A stretch of 64,000 nt of DNA from Octopus vulgaris (taxonomy: Eukaryota): NCBI GenBank assembly GCA_951406725.2, contig OX597826.1, positions 44,764,001 to 44,828,000 of the forward strand. Reading direction: 5' to 3'. Positions 12,806-26,095 of this stretch are shown here, in pieces. A program made the position numbers and the translations under genes. Positions within the stretch are counted from its first letter, which is position 1. Every line of letters starts with the position of its first letter. The notes under the pieces were generated by a model. That model was not told the origin of the DNA. It searched no databases and was given only the letters and a program-made list of their open reading frames with translations.

Positions 12806-14118
12806 TACATATATACATATACATACAGTTCAATTAGAGGTTAAATAAACCTCATTAAGGGATAGTAATAACCAATGAATTACTGGTTCATAACCTAATA
12901 TTTGTTGTGAATAGTAATCATAATACTCATAAATGATAGGTAATTATATAAACCATGGTTTACATTTATTCAAGAAAATACAATCTTTAAGGTACAAATA
13001 GAGACAGCATTTTCATAAACACACACGCGAACACACGCACAATACACACGCATACATAAATATACATATATATGGCTGTCGTCTACCAAATTCATTCGTA
13101 AGATTTTGGTTGGCATGGGAGAATATGTAACGAGACATTACAGTGGTGTGTGTGTGTGCGTGTGTGTACGTGTGTGTGTGTGTGCGTGTGTGTATGTCTG
13201 TGTGTATGCGCGCACGCCTGCACGTACAAATTCCGAGGTCGCTCCTATAGCGTGACATCTAGCAAGTGAAAATTAGACAAACGAAAATTGTATACAATTC
13301 TGTCGAGTAAACGGTGTCGTAATTCAAAGATACCACCCTGTCACACTGATGCTGCTTGAAAATTTTATTTAGGGTACACGTGACTATAGAATAGTCAGCC
13401 GTTTACACGTTAATTCGGGTGCAAGAATTTAATTTGTTTAACCGCCTGGACCTTATCGTCGAAAACGGTTGAATTATATTCCACACCTCTCTTTTTCTCT
13501 CTCTCCCTCTCTGTCAATCTATCTATGTGTACGTCTGTGTCTGTGTTTGTTGTAAACTTTGAATTAACTTACTTAATAAGCCCATAAATTTCAGTAAATG
13601 TTCCGTTTCAATTTTCCAGCTAGATTTAAAATAATTACATTTATTTTACAATACCACACGCTCACCAACACACAGATGTATACATGTACGCACACACTCA
13701 TACTTTCATACTAACGCGCTCGTACGTATACACGCATACACTCACACACACACAGCCACACACACGCACGCACACACACATACACACACATACATACCAT
13801 ATTGAACGCACACGATACTCACCAAACTAAACAGTTATAGAAAACACTTGCTCCATGCTGACCAACGCCTTATCAGTAAATTTGGTAGGCGTGTGTCCAA
13901 GGGGTCATGTTACGTTCACGATAGAAGATCGAGGGTTGGATTCCTGGAGCGGGTGGGGTGTTGTGCTCTTGAGCAAAACACTTCATTTCCCATGATTCTA
14001 TGGGTGGAAGGGAGAGTGACAAAATCATGAAATCGTCTGCTTCAATACGCTACTATATATCTTCTGGTTCTTTTCATTCCGAGAACTCCATCTGGCAACG
14101 AGAAACTACAACAGCAAC

Positions 14119-14325
14119 GTGGAGGCGCAATGGCCCAGTGATTATTGCAGCGGACTCGCGGTCGTAAGAACGCGGTTTCGATTCCCAGGCCGGGCATTGT
14201 GAGTGTTTATTGAGCAAAAACACCTAAGCTACACGAGGCTCCGGCGGAGGGGTGGGTTGGGGTGTTTGGTGAACTCCGCTGTACTCTTTCACCACAACTT
14301 TCTCTCCCAATTTCTTCCTACTGCC
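14119..14325 (+). mobile_element. tRNA(Arg)-like SINE family C, 3'-truncated
   Basis: Head gtggaggcgcaatggcccagtg...gcggactcgcggtc...ggtttcgattccc; matches the copies at 14747 and 45462. Confidence 0.85.
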
Positions 14326-14636
14326 TCAAAGCAGAGGAACCATGGTGTAACCCACTATGGTGTGGTAAACTTGATGGAGAAAGAAAGAAAGAACGAAAGA
14401 GAGAAAGAAAAAGTAAGAAAGAAGAAAACAAAGGACCGCTGATGCGGTCACACGAGTGTGACGAAAGAACTCTGGCCGAAATAAGATTAAGATTAATGTA
14501 AAAATTAAATAACACTGAAGCAAAGTAACACCAAATATATAGTGCGTGAGTTTTTATTGGCTAAACTGGCAAAATGGCCATTCCGAAATACAACAATGTA
14601 TATATATATATGTATGTGTGTGTGTGTGTGTGTTTA

Positions 14637-14711
<75 letters not shown>

Positions 14712-14746
14712 AATTTTTCCCTCTTTCTTTCTCTATACATATGAGA

Positions 14747-15022
14747 GTGGAAGCACGTGGTCAAGTGGTTAGAGCAGCGGACTCGCGGTCGAGGGATCGT
14801 GGGTTCGACTCTCAGACCGGGCGATGTGTGTGTTTATGAGCGAAACACCAAAGCTCCACGCGGCTCCGGCTGAAGGTAATGGCGAACTTCTGCTGACTCT
14901 TTCGCCACAACTTTCTCTCACTCCTTCCTCCTGCGTCTTGCAGCTCACCCGCGACGGACCGGCGTCCCGTCCAGGTGGGAAACCGGCCCTATGAGTCAGG
15001 CATTACTCGAGAAGGAACAAAA
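14747..15022 (+). mobile_element. tRNA(Arg)-like SINE family C with TSD
   Basis: A and B boxes present; TSD atacatatgaga at 14735 and 15023. Confidence 0.92.
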
Positions 15023-15389
15023 ATACATATGAGAGATAGAGAAAGAAAGAAAGAAAGAACGAAAGAGAGAAAGAAAAAGTAGAAAGCTTGTGTATGAGTG
15101 TGTATCAATTATATCAGAATTGGACAGTCTTCACCCTGGTCTGAGATATTCAGGAAGCGAAGTTCGGAATAAGTGTTCAGCTTTTGTTGTAACAAACATT
15201 TCTATGACTATCTACTCTACCTAGTATTCGAACATCTGTTCCTTTGAATTTTGTAAAATATATTTTTAATATATTTTCAAAATACTTCTACTACGATGTA
15301 CACATATCTACGTACGTACGTACCTACCTACCTACTTACCTACCTACATACAAGCATTCACGCATGTGTGTATGTATATATGTATCTAT

Positions 15390-15421
<32 letters not shown>

Positions 15422-16246
15422 GCCTATATATATTCATATATATATATATACATATGGATAAATATATATATATATGCTACACACACATATACATACATAC
15501 ATACATGCATACATACAAAAATATATGTATATGTACATATAACTGTGTCTTGTGAGTATATATGAGTGTGTGTCAGTAAATATGTATGTATGTATATATA
15601 TATACGCATCCATGTATGTATGTATGAATTTATGAAGGTATATATGTTTTTATGTATGCATGAATGTATGCAATTGTGAGTGTATATGTGTGCCTATGCC
15701 TTTCAAAATGTTATATATTAGTATGTGAGCGTAAATATATATACATTTTGCGTATATTCTTTCGAGTATCACCCGATGTTGCTTTCGATTTCGTTCCTTA
15801 GAAATCGATGAAAATCCAGTACCGGCAGTGTACTGGGAGCAATTTAATTGATTGCATTGCATCCTCTGTATGTATGAATTGCACTTATATATTGAAAAGA
15901 CGCCATCATTTGAATAAATGGCGTATAACTGCATAGAGTCAGAGAGAGTTTTCAATATGAAATCTATTTACCGTCAAAGACGAAGTTAATAACTTCACCT
16001 CGTGGCACTGAATGAAAAGAAAATGTAAAAAATAAATAAATAAATAAAATAAAATGCTGACCGATCTTGCTATAGAAATAAGTATATTCTGTTTAGGAAT
16101 CGGTGATATTTTTGCTTTACGATCTACGAAAAATATATTTATATATGTTTACAAAAGTATTTCACCGGGAAAGGAAATGTATACATGCAGAAATGCATAT
16201 ATACACTTATACATATAAATTATAGACTATATATATATATATACAT

Positions 16247-16302
<56 letters not shown>

Positions 16303-18173
16303 TAATATATATATATACATATTTATATATATATATATTCTAATATATATATGTATAATCTGTATATACTTTTATACACACATACATATATATGTGTATA
16401 TAGACTGTATATATACCATATATATATAAATACCATGTATGTATAAGGTACTTTTACTGTATATCCGTTTTATTTTGTAAGTACAAATTTTAAGTGAACT
16501 TTGACATATTCTAGTAGTGCTGTTACTGAAACAGAGATATTTTGTAAGATATGTTGCAGACAAGATAAATATAAGAGATTCTGACTGGTTCATGTTGCTG
16601 GGCCGTAATTTTATTGTCATATGGTTATTTAACTATATAAGTGGCCGTTTATTGATTCTGTCACATTGCTAATGCAGTGGGAGTGTCTTTTCAGTAGATA
16701 ATGAGGATAAAATCTTCCATCGCACTTATCACCTTCAGTATTTATATGCATATAAATACATGTATATAATATAATATAATATAATATCATATAGTATAAT
16801 ATTATATCATATTTATATATATATATATATATATATATAACTATGTATTATATTTTCTTCGATATACTTTTGGAGATTCATGTTAATGTCACATTTAACT
16901 GGCTAACTACATTTGGCAGGAAATATAAATAAAACCTATGTTTAGGAGAGATGGTATACACACGATAGTTTAGTTGTTGAGACATATAATATTTTAAAAT
17001 AATATCAGTTTAGAAATAAGTATATTGACATAGTTGTTGACAGATGTCAATGGATTTCCCCACGACGGGGGTTATTTCTAAAAGTTTGTTCACTTTAAAG
17101 TGCATAAGTGTACAGATATATCAAAAATTCAGACAAGGAATGCAGATGGCAGTGCCGTACCCAAGAGCTTTCAGGTTATAGCAGTTAAACACATATTCGC
17201 GGACACAAGCATGTGCTTGCTTATATAGATATTTGAACACATACATACACTTACTGACTTACAGAGAAGCACAGATATCCATTCGCTCTCAGACACACAT
17301 ATTTTTACTCACTAACTCACACACCATCTTGCCTACCTTTATTCGAGAATAACAAACATCTGACGTCTAATCAAATCATCTAAACGCTACAATCTTATGT
17401 TCAAATCTAGTTGCAGAACAAAAAAAGAATATCAAACGAAATTGCGTTTACTTTACTTGTCTAGCTATGCTGCTTTGATATTGATGAGGTGACAAAAACA
17501 TCGGATCGTGTTTTTGCCGATAACAATAAAATCGATAAAGTAACTCTACAGAATAATCTCAGATAAATTTAAAAGATAATTCTAAATATCTTACGTAAGA
17601 ATAAACTATATCATAGAATACAAATGACATTTGAATGAAGTCAGCAATGATACAACGGTGCCGAAAACTTTTACAAGTGGAAATATAATTCATGCTTCAT
17701 TAATAGAAAATAAGTTTATAAAGATTAAATAATAGTTGACTTCGCATCTAGTATATTCCGATGTTTTAGCGTTTGGACTACTCCGATATTTTATCAATAA
17801 CTAAATTATCAGTTTTAGTGTTTATTCTATTATTCTTATATTCTTGTATTCCTTTATGTCTTTACTTATTATATTTTTCGACTGCGGTCATGCTGGAGTA
17901 CTTTCTTGTTTAGTTGATGAAATCGACTTCGATCCTTAAGCTTTTTCTTTCGTCTGAGACTTATTCTGTGTATCTATTTTACTAAACTACTAAGTCACGG
18001 GGATGTAAACAAACTAACAGCAGTTGTCTATCGGGGTTGGGAACAAACGCAACCTCCCCACTCACACGCGCGCATACACACACACACACACATAAATATA
18101 TATGCAAGCATACATACATGTCTTTTATATATGTGTACATCTATGTGTCTCGAGCGATCTTTCTATCAATATA

Positions 18174-18698
18174 TCTATATATATAAAACTGTAGTTGTGT
18201 GAGTGTCTGTCCCCTTCGATTTAGATTCCTAACTACTCCCACATTTTGCGGTGCAGTTTAACCAAATTCGGGTATCTTATAGTCGTGATTCATATCGAGC
18301 CCGTCTGAGTATTAGCGCACGTCTACGATGAGTCTACGATTTAAAAAATAATTTAACATCATTTTTTATTCCATTTTAATGCATAATCATTTTTTATTCC
18401 ATTTTAATGCATAATTTTTCGGAGTTGGCGTCCATGGTCACACCTGCACCTGTTTGCTTCTCCCCCTTCTTCCCTCCCTTGTGAAGCTGTGGGGAAGGGA
18501 GTGTAAGGAAATTAACGTCGTAAAGCGTTGTCAAGGAGACCAGCGTTCTTTTAGAACAACGACTTCATGGCTTGAAGACACCAAAACAGAAATGGCTAAG
18601 AAAGCCCAAATTTGCATCTATAAGGGAAGTAACTCTCTAAAAATGCTTATGTAGTTATTTCCCTTACAAACCCGAGCAACGCCGGGCGATACTGCTAG
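18174..18698 (+). mobile_element. Complete non-autonomous Helitron
   Basis: A|TC 5' end; subterminal hairpin cccgagcaacgccggg (18671-18686); CTAG|T 3' end; no TSD; internal 28-bp tandem duplication at about 18360-18415. Confidence 0.88.
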
Positions 18699-18714
18699 TA
18701 TATATATATATGCA

Positions 18715-18905
18715 TGTAATGACATGCATAAGATCTGGTCATCAAATCTAAGTAGAGACTTCAAACTTGAAATCTTCAAAGCCACAGTCGAACCAATTCT
18801 ACTATATGGCTCAGGACCTCCGTAATGCCATGATGGGCCGTAAAGTCTGGCGTAGCATGGTAAATTCCATTGTCTCGACCACGGTCGAACAATGATGATG
18901 ATGAT
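18715..18905 (+). mobile_element. RTE-type LINE 3' fragment, internally deleted
   Basis: HKIWSSNLSRDFKLEIFKATVEPILLYGS joined to DLRNAMMGRKVWRSMV; (TGA)n tail. Confidence 0.75.
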
Positions 18906-19959
18906 ATATATATATATATATGTATATGGATATATAGATCGTATGTATGTGTGTTGTATGTTTGAGTGTATGTATGTAACGCACACACGCACACACACAC
19001 ACACACACACGCACCATATATACAACGGCTTCCACACCGTTTCCAGTTATCAAAATCTCTCAAAAAGATTTGGTAGGCCTGGGATTATAGGAGACACTTG
19101 TCCAGGATACTAGGCAGAGGAGTTGAACCCGAAAGCACGTAACTGCCTTGCGACCTTATTAATCATACAGCCACATCTGCGCTGTTTGTTAATATCTTCT
19201 AACGATTTGTTCCTCTGAGTGCATCGCAGTTAACTTCATGGGGCTTATATATGTACAATACTATTTTCATTCATTCTACAACACTGTTTCCTGCAGTAGC
19301 AATCAATAATCGAGGGAGTTTGATGAAAATAAGCACAAAAGCAATGCCGGAATGATGGAGGAAGTAATGATCAAAGTAGAGATAGCGAGTGATGACGTAT
19401 CGTGTGAATGTTCCTGCTGGCGTCAATAGGTGAAGTATCGAGATGACATAAAATTGACATTAACGGTTCGGTAACATTGATCTGGACCAGGTTAGCTATC
19501 ACGTTATCACCATGGCTAATATCAATAATTGTCCCCCTTTGTAGAACGGAGGAGAAAAACGTCAGAACGTGTGAAATAATAATTTTGATTTCAAGTTGTA
19601 CCGTAGTAATTAATTACTTTCAGCTTTCTGGTGTTGATAAAAATATAATAAACTTAATCTACTTAAGAAAATTAATACGCTTATTGTGACTGTCTATAGA
19701 CACCGTGTAGGAAGAAGCCTTCATCAGGTCAATATTAGCTTCAGTTTGCGTTAATTAAATAATAATTAATGAGTTCATCTTCACGCAGTTTTATTTTAAA
19801 TTGGCGTAGGTTGTAAAATATTTTTTTGTAAGTGTATCTAAATTTGGTAAGAATAATTGTTTTGTTTATTTCTTTGTTTGATTGTTTTTCTTTTAATGTT
19901 TTTACACACGTAATAATTATAACACCAGGCATCCAATCATAGTTTTTCTTTGCCACCAA

Positions 19960-20145
19960 TCAGTCTCCTAGAAATGGCAGCCACACATTTATCACAAATC
20001 AAACTTTATTGTCTTAATAAAAAGGAAAGATATACTGGACAATGTTATGCGTACTACATAAAAGACAGGATGTTCACTGATGAGACCCCTATAATCATAA
20101 ACCTGTTCGATTAGAACTGATCAGTGTCAAAACAAAAACAAAGAC
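19960..20145 (-). repeat. Old interspersed repeat related to 23430-23810
   Basis: ctagaaatggcagcc is the reverse complement of the ggctgctatttctag-type motif seen near 23549 and 23757. Confidence 0.5.
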
Positions 20146-20164
20146 AAACAATATACAACGGAGA

Positions 20165-20321
20165 GTGCAGGTGTGACCGAGTAGTAAGAAGCTTGCTTCT
20201 CAACCACATGATTTCGGTTCAATCCCACTATTTGGCACCATGGGCAAGTGTCTACTACTATAACCTCGGACGAACTAAAGTCTTGTGAGTGCATTTGGTA
20301 GACAAAACTGGAAGAAGCCCT
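20165..20321 (+). mobile_element. Family A SINE 5' half
   Basis: gtaagaagcttgcttctcaaccacatg...gggcaagtgtct...ttggtagac. Confidence 0.8.
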
Positions 20322-20766
20322 TCAGCTTATTAAGATAGGTCTTTTTGTGGCTATTGAGTTGTTTTGACTCTTATTTCTAGCAGTACTAGTGCTGATTAAG
20401 GCCCTTGTTCACTTTAGTGACGTATATATTTCTGCCTTTAGGTTGTAAAATTGCGAATTAACCACCATCTTATTTATAATTCTCACACTACCGTTTATGA
20501 AATCAACACATGATTTCAAAGGAAATCTTATAAGCTGGCAAGACGAGAGGAATTTAACCGTAGGCGCAATGGCAGCTACTGATGCACATTTAGATGCGAC
20601 CGTTGGGGGCTTGTCTCCCTTGTCAGCTCATTAAGATAGTGCTTTTCGTGGCTATTGAGTTGTTTTGACTCTTAATTCTAGCAATACTGGTGCTGATTAG
20701 TGCAAGTGTCTGCTTTAGCGACGTATATATATCTGCCTTTATGTTGTAAAATTGCGAATTAGCCAC
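20322..20766 (+). repeat. 1.5 units of a ~300-bp tandem repeat
   Basis: A ~145-bp block (tcagct.attaagatag...gttgtaaaattgcgaatta.ccac) starts near 20322 and near 20623. Confidence 0.9.
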
Positions 20767-20774
20767 TCGTATAT

Positions 20775-21313
20775 TTATAGCATATGTAAATCACAGTATG
20801 TGCGTGTATATTGACGAACGCATGCATTTCCACAATTCTCAACCGATCTTCACCAAACTTTATGTGCCAAAGATTGTCATGCACTATAATATTTAACCCA
20901 GAGCTCCCGCGTAAGTGGACTAACCAGCAAAAATTGTGATTTACACGGGTTTTTCTCTGATTCGTTGTATGTAGCTAGTTTTTTGTATGTAGGGTCTTCC
21001 ATACTTTTTCAATCTATATGGACGTATATTGGCATTAGATGATTTTTAGTGATTTTCACATTTTTTATTTATTTATTTATATGTTGTAATTATATATTAT
21101 TACTTTCTGTAATTTTTATATCGGTGTATATTGTTTGAGGGTTTTGGTTAGAGAATATTATAAAATTGTATTTTATGTATTTATTCCGACTATTTCCATA
21201 CTTTTTTAAAGCTATATATTTGCATTACAGCATATTTTTTTAGTTGTTTTCCCATTTTTTATTTATTATTTATTTATGTATTAAACCATCCAAAGGACGG
21301 GTGCGTTTGCTAG
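20775..21313 (+). mobile_element. Non-autonomous Helitron, 5' end uncertain
   Basis: 3' hairpin ccatccaaaggacgg followed by CTAG|T (21310-21314); 5' region has caaccgatcttcaccaaact. Confidence 0.65.
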
Positions 21314-21587
21314 TATATATATATATATATATATTTATTTGTGTGTGTGTGTGTGTGTGTTTGCATGTATGTATATAACTATGTGTATGTATCTTTATAA
21401 TTAATATATGTGTGTGTATATTATATGTATATATATATATATATATATGCATTTATGTGTATATATGTGTATATATGTGTGTGTGTGCGCGTGTATGTAT
21501 ATAACTATGTGTATGTATCTTTGTAATTAATATATGTGTGTGTATATTATATGTATATATATATATGCATTTATGTGTATATATGTG

Positions 21588-21641
<54 letters not shown>

Positions 21642-21645
21642 CGTG
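21314..21645 (+). repeat. Compound microsatellite with a ~124-bp tandem duplication
   Basis: gtatgtatataactatgtgtatgtatcttt occurs twice. Confidence 0.9.
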
Positions 21646-21859
21646 TACTGAATGAAGACTGATACCAAGTCCATCTTCTGGTTACTTAATCAATTCGTAT
21701 TATCTCAACTAATACAGCATAATTCCTGACGTAGATCCAACTGAAACATACCTCAAAGGCGGGTGAGACCAGGTAACCCAAACCGTGCCGGTGTTCTTCT
21801 CAACACTTCAACACACTAGTTGATATATACTCATTAGACCAAAGTATTACACACACACA

Positions 21860-21898
<39 letters not shown>

Positions 21899-22034
21899 GC
21901 GTTATATACAGGTTGGGTTTCTGGATTTGTTTTACCTTTCTTGCTTTTCCTCATGTTAGGTTATAGGGAAGGGTCTTATACTATAGAAATTATTAGTTTG
22001 TTATATATTAAGAATATATAACCAAGGAGTATTA

Positions 22035-22348
22035 CTCAATGTTTAGGGCACCAGGTTCGCTATTGTGAGGTAATGAGTTTGATTCCCTGACTAGGCTGTA
22101 TGTTGCGTTCTTGAGCAAGAATCTTTATTCACTCAGTTGTATAAATGAGCTGTGAAGTCACTGGTGCGAAGCTGAATCAGGCTTTGTCTTTTCCTTGGAT
22201 AATATCAGTGTTATGGTGAGCAGAGGCAGGTAAGCATGGGCGATGCTGGTCTTCCATAAACAACCTTGCTCGGACTTGTGCTTCGGAGAGGAACTTTCTA
22301 GGTGCAATCCCATGGTCATTGATGACCGAAGGGGGTCTTTAACCTTTA
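22035..22348 (+). mobile_element. tRNA-derived SINE family E (CORE-like gttcttgagcaag)
   Basis: B-box-like gagtttgattccc; 3' half shared with 11882-12200. Confidence 0.7.
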
Positions 22349-22392
<44 letters not shown>

Positions 22393-23429
22393 TATGAATA
22401 TTTATTGTATTTTTTGTTGTTGTTTGCTTTTTTGGTAATGCTACCGTTTTATTTTTTTTCACTTCTGGTTACCTAAAAGGAGCGTCACGGATAGTATAGA
22501 TCGTTGTACATAACATCTGAAAGCAAAATGAAAAACAGTCCCAACAAAAAGATCTTGTAATCATACGCTTATTTGATAAAAAAAAACTACGGATAGCCAA
22601 TAAGTAATCCAACAAGAACATCAAAAATATCTCTAGGATTCTTGCTCGATTTTGTTGTTAGCGAGCTAGATTGGTATCTCACGCCAGAATGTACAGGCGA
22701 GTAGTAACATTCTTTTCAGGAAATTCTACGTGGTATTGGAATCAAATAAACGATGTCAGCTATTTAAAATATTTTTACATAATCCTTGCTATTATATTTC
22801 ACAGATAAGATAAGTTTTGTCACACCCATCTACTGAAGTAGGCTGTATCTGGTAGTAAAATCGCTAGAGTATTGAACACATTAGTCTGTGATCTTTGGTT
22901 TCGTCCTTTTATCTTCTGAGATCAAATCCCTCCTACGTCGAATTTACAACTCAATTATGAAAAGAACCTCCTGGGATTAATATAATAAATTATATCATTG
23001 AAAGCTGTTACTCCAGTATGACCATAGTATAATAACTAATGCTGGTAAAAAGAAACACAAATAAAAAACAATTACATGCATCATTTGACGATGCTATCAC
23101 TTTACATAAGCTTATTGGTAGCCATGATAAGTTACTCTCCTTTGCAATGCATTAATCTTCATTGAATGAATATATGTATGAACACGGGTTTGCAATCGGA
23201 TGATGCAATGCAGTGTAGAACTAAATAACTCGATTAGTTTGCCTGCAGTGATCCTTAAATGTATTGGTAGGGCTTAACTCGAAGAAATACAGGGCAAAAC
23301 TAAATTAGTATAATATTTGTGCTTTAGTTTCTCTCCTAAATTCAAAGCCCTCACTACCAATAGTATATGGAAATCGTATTCAAGGGCAATGTACAATGCT
23401 GCAGCAGTTTTTCTTGTTGTTGCTCTTGT

Positions 23430-23810
23430 TGTTTTCTTTGTCTTTTAACTCCTGTCAATCCACTTACGACCATCATGTTCTCTTTAGACATCATCCAATG
23501 TGCTTTTTCAATTTAGGACAGTAGGATGTGTGCATTGAAGGAGACTTGGCTACTGCTTCCAGTCGGTCGAGCAACAATTGTAGCAGCTCCCTGAAATCAA
23601 TGTAGTTTTTTTAATCTCCGGGTCAAACCATCGAACCAACAGTCAACGGTGTTTCAGCTATAATCAGTACGCCGTTTTACAGATATCCAGGTCTATCTCA
23701 ACCGATGTATCCTTTGTTGTGTGTAATACAGTGGGGTAGGATTCGTGAGCTATTTGGCCGCTATTTCATGCAGGTCGAACAACCATATATCCATTCCATT
23801 GTGGACTCTT
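23430..23810 (+). repeat. Two tandem decayed copies of an old interspersed repeat
   Basis: ttggctactgcttccagtcggtcgagcaac and ttggccgctatttcatgcaggtcgaacaac. Confidence 0.55.
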
Positions 23811-25438
23811 CAAATTAATGTCGGTACGCTGTACAGATGATCTAATTGACCTCCATATGATACTGCTATCAACGCCGAACAGATGAAAACCGAAAGTGAC
23901 TCTGGTATTATTTGAAATCAACGCGAAGAAGGCAGAGGTTTAAATATATTACACATTTAGTCCTGACCTCTGCCTTGTCTGTCGAATGAACTATCATTTA
24001 TTAGCCAATGATATTGGCAGAAATGAAGAAAACACTAACATTAACTATAATAACCACGATAAAAGGATGTTGTCAGCTCTGCGCTGGGAATAATTTTAAC
24101 ATTCAAATACATCGTATTGATAAAATTTATACTAGTAATAAAATGGTATTATGCAATTAAAGCAGAGTGAAATAATTAAAGTCATCATCAGCCATTCATG
24201 CTATTGTCAGATATAAATATATAATTTAAATTTAATGCTACAACCCATTTTAGCTGTATGCCGTTCTGAGCTCAATAAAAGGAATGTGTAACTTGAGCTT
24301 GTTCGAAATTAATAAAAGTTAAACACGAGTCTTGAATTGGTTTGGAATTTTTGAATTTATAGAAAATATCATTCCGAGTAAAAAGTTAAAAACGAAAACT
24401 AAATAATTTCATTTTTATGTATATAGACATAAAATTGTTATGCAATTGTTCAGCTCTTCCCTCTTACAAATATACTAAAGCGTGAGATAACTGATGATAA
24501 ATTTCATGATAATGTGCAATAAGTTTAGGAAGAAAAACTAATTGGTGTCAAAGTGTATAAGTTAAAGTGGTAAATCCCGATGGTGACTGCACTGGAGATA
24601 TTGTCATATAATAGTCGAGGGGCATGATGGAATTTATAAATAACAAAAATATTATTCTTCGTCAAGGAACATATATAGGAAGCCTATATTACGGAACGGG
24701 ATGTGCATGTGCTTATTGTATATTAGTGCATCTTCCAGTGTCTGTGTAAACTTATGTAAAGAAGTAGACGAGCACAAATTAAATGCACAATAGAGTTTGA
24801 TAACTTCCTTGAAGCATATCTAAACGTTTCTGAGGACCAGGCAAAATTTGATTGCCAGAAGCCGAACATACCCAACGTAACTACAGGATACATAAGGGCA
24901 AGAGGCCTTTGTTGAGATGGCAAATAATCTCCCTAAACTGTCGGGGCTTGAAGATAAAAGACTTTATGGCTCAGCCGTTTTGGCACCGCCTATTTGGCGT
25001 TGTTGATTCGGTGCTGACTTATTTGACAGCAGACATTTTAATGTTTCTCTCGTTTTAATGTTTCCCCATTCACACTCCCATTTCTAGCTTCCTGTCTGTC
25101 TGTCTGCCTGTCTGTCTGCCTCTATCCCTCTGTGTCTATGTTTATGTGAATAAGCATATAGTTTATAATTGTATATATGAGTAATATTCTCTCCCCGACC
25201 TCTCTCTCTCTCTCTTTTGCTTTCAAGATTTCGTTTATTTCTTCGTTGACTTTTTTGCAACCAACAGTAATTTCTCCACAACCTCCACTACCATAATCGT
25301 CGCCATTATCATCATCATGTCTGTGTTTGTATAGCTTATGTAATCTTGCTCATTCTCTCTCTCCATCTCTCTCTCATTTTATCTGTATAAAAAATATTTC
25401 TTCGCACATGCACCATTTTGCCTCCACCACCAAAACAG

Positions 25439-25610
25439 CCACGTCAAGACGTCAGTGTCCAGGCAGCTGCGCCTCATCGTCTCACTCCAGCTGCATGCTT
25501 ATCGGGAATAACTCAACACAAGCGTTAAATATGGCATTAATATTGTTGTGTGTAGTAATTTTTAAATGTTCAAGTTTATAAAGTTTATTTTTGTGTGCAA
25601 AGAGTCATGT
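25439..25610 (+). promoter_or_regulatory. Candidate Pol II promoter/enhancer
   Basis: Tandem CRE-like sites ccACGTCA-agACGTCA (25439-25454), two CAGCTG E-boxes (25464, 25488), TATAAA at 25577 and TCA about 30 nt downstream. Confidence 0.35.
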
Positions 25611-26095
25611 GTTTTTATGTGTATTCTGTGCGGTCCTGTGATGTTGGAAATGGAAATAATAACGGTATTTCCTGTAGTTATAACTGACGTTATTGTTTTG
25701 CCATTGTTTTCGTTTCTGTAATGTTGGGTATTTTTTGAAATCTTTGTGTATAGTGTTTTGTGATTGTGTCCTGGTGGTTTTTATGGAAATTTTGATTTTG
25801 TGCACAGTCACGGCTCTTGTCGTTCTTTGATGGCATTCTGTCGTGCGGGAAAAATAAATTCTCAGTGACCAATTTTCATCGTTCGACTCTCCATTATAGT
25901 CAGAATTACTGGTATATTTATCCACTTTTCGGAGAGCAGTGTAATATTTGAAAAATATTTCGCTTCAATTTAAACAGATCGAAGAAACGTGTAGTGGTCG
26001 TTTCTGCGGCTGGTAGAATATATGTATAATGTGTTATTATAGCATAGATACGACCGACCGTGTGTGAATATGTGAATATGTTTTTGTTGGTGAGT
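25607..26095 (+). other. Candidate first exon ending in a consensus splice donor
   Basis: ATG TTT TTG TTG|GTGAGT at 26078-26095 in a microsatellite-free stretch downstream of the motif cluster. Confidence 0.25.

Larger units (their letters stand above)
17855..19180 (-). mobile_element. Old family A SINE split by nested insertions (3' part about 17855-18050, head about 19020-19180)
   Basis: cgactgcggtcatgctggag (tail, reversed) and gacacttgtcca...catacagccacatctgcgc (head, reversed). Confidence 0.7.

Noticed and set aside
14747-14825. tRNA-Arg-like cloverleaf (and similar heads at 14119, 33234, 50781)
   Set aside because: It continues into a SINE body bounded by a TSD, with an imperfect acceptor stem; a SINE head rather than a tRNA gene.
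24823-24885. CTGAGGA followed by a ggcaa/ttgcc hairpin
   Set aside because: GAAG instead of GAAA, and no stem I.
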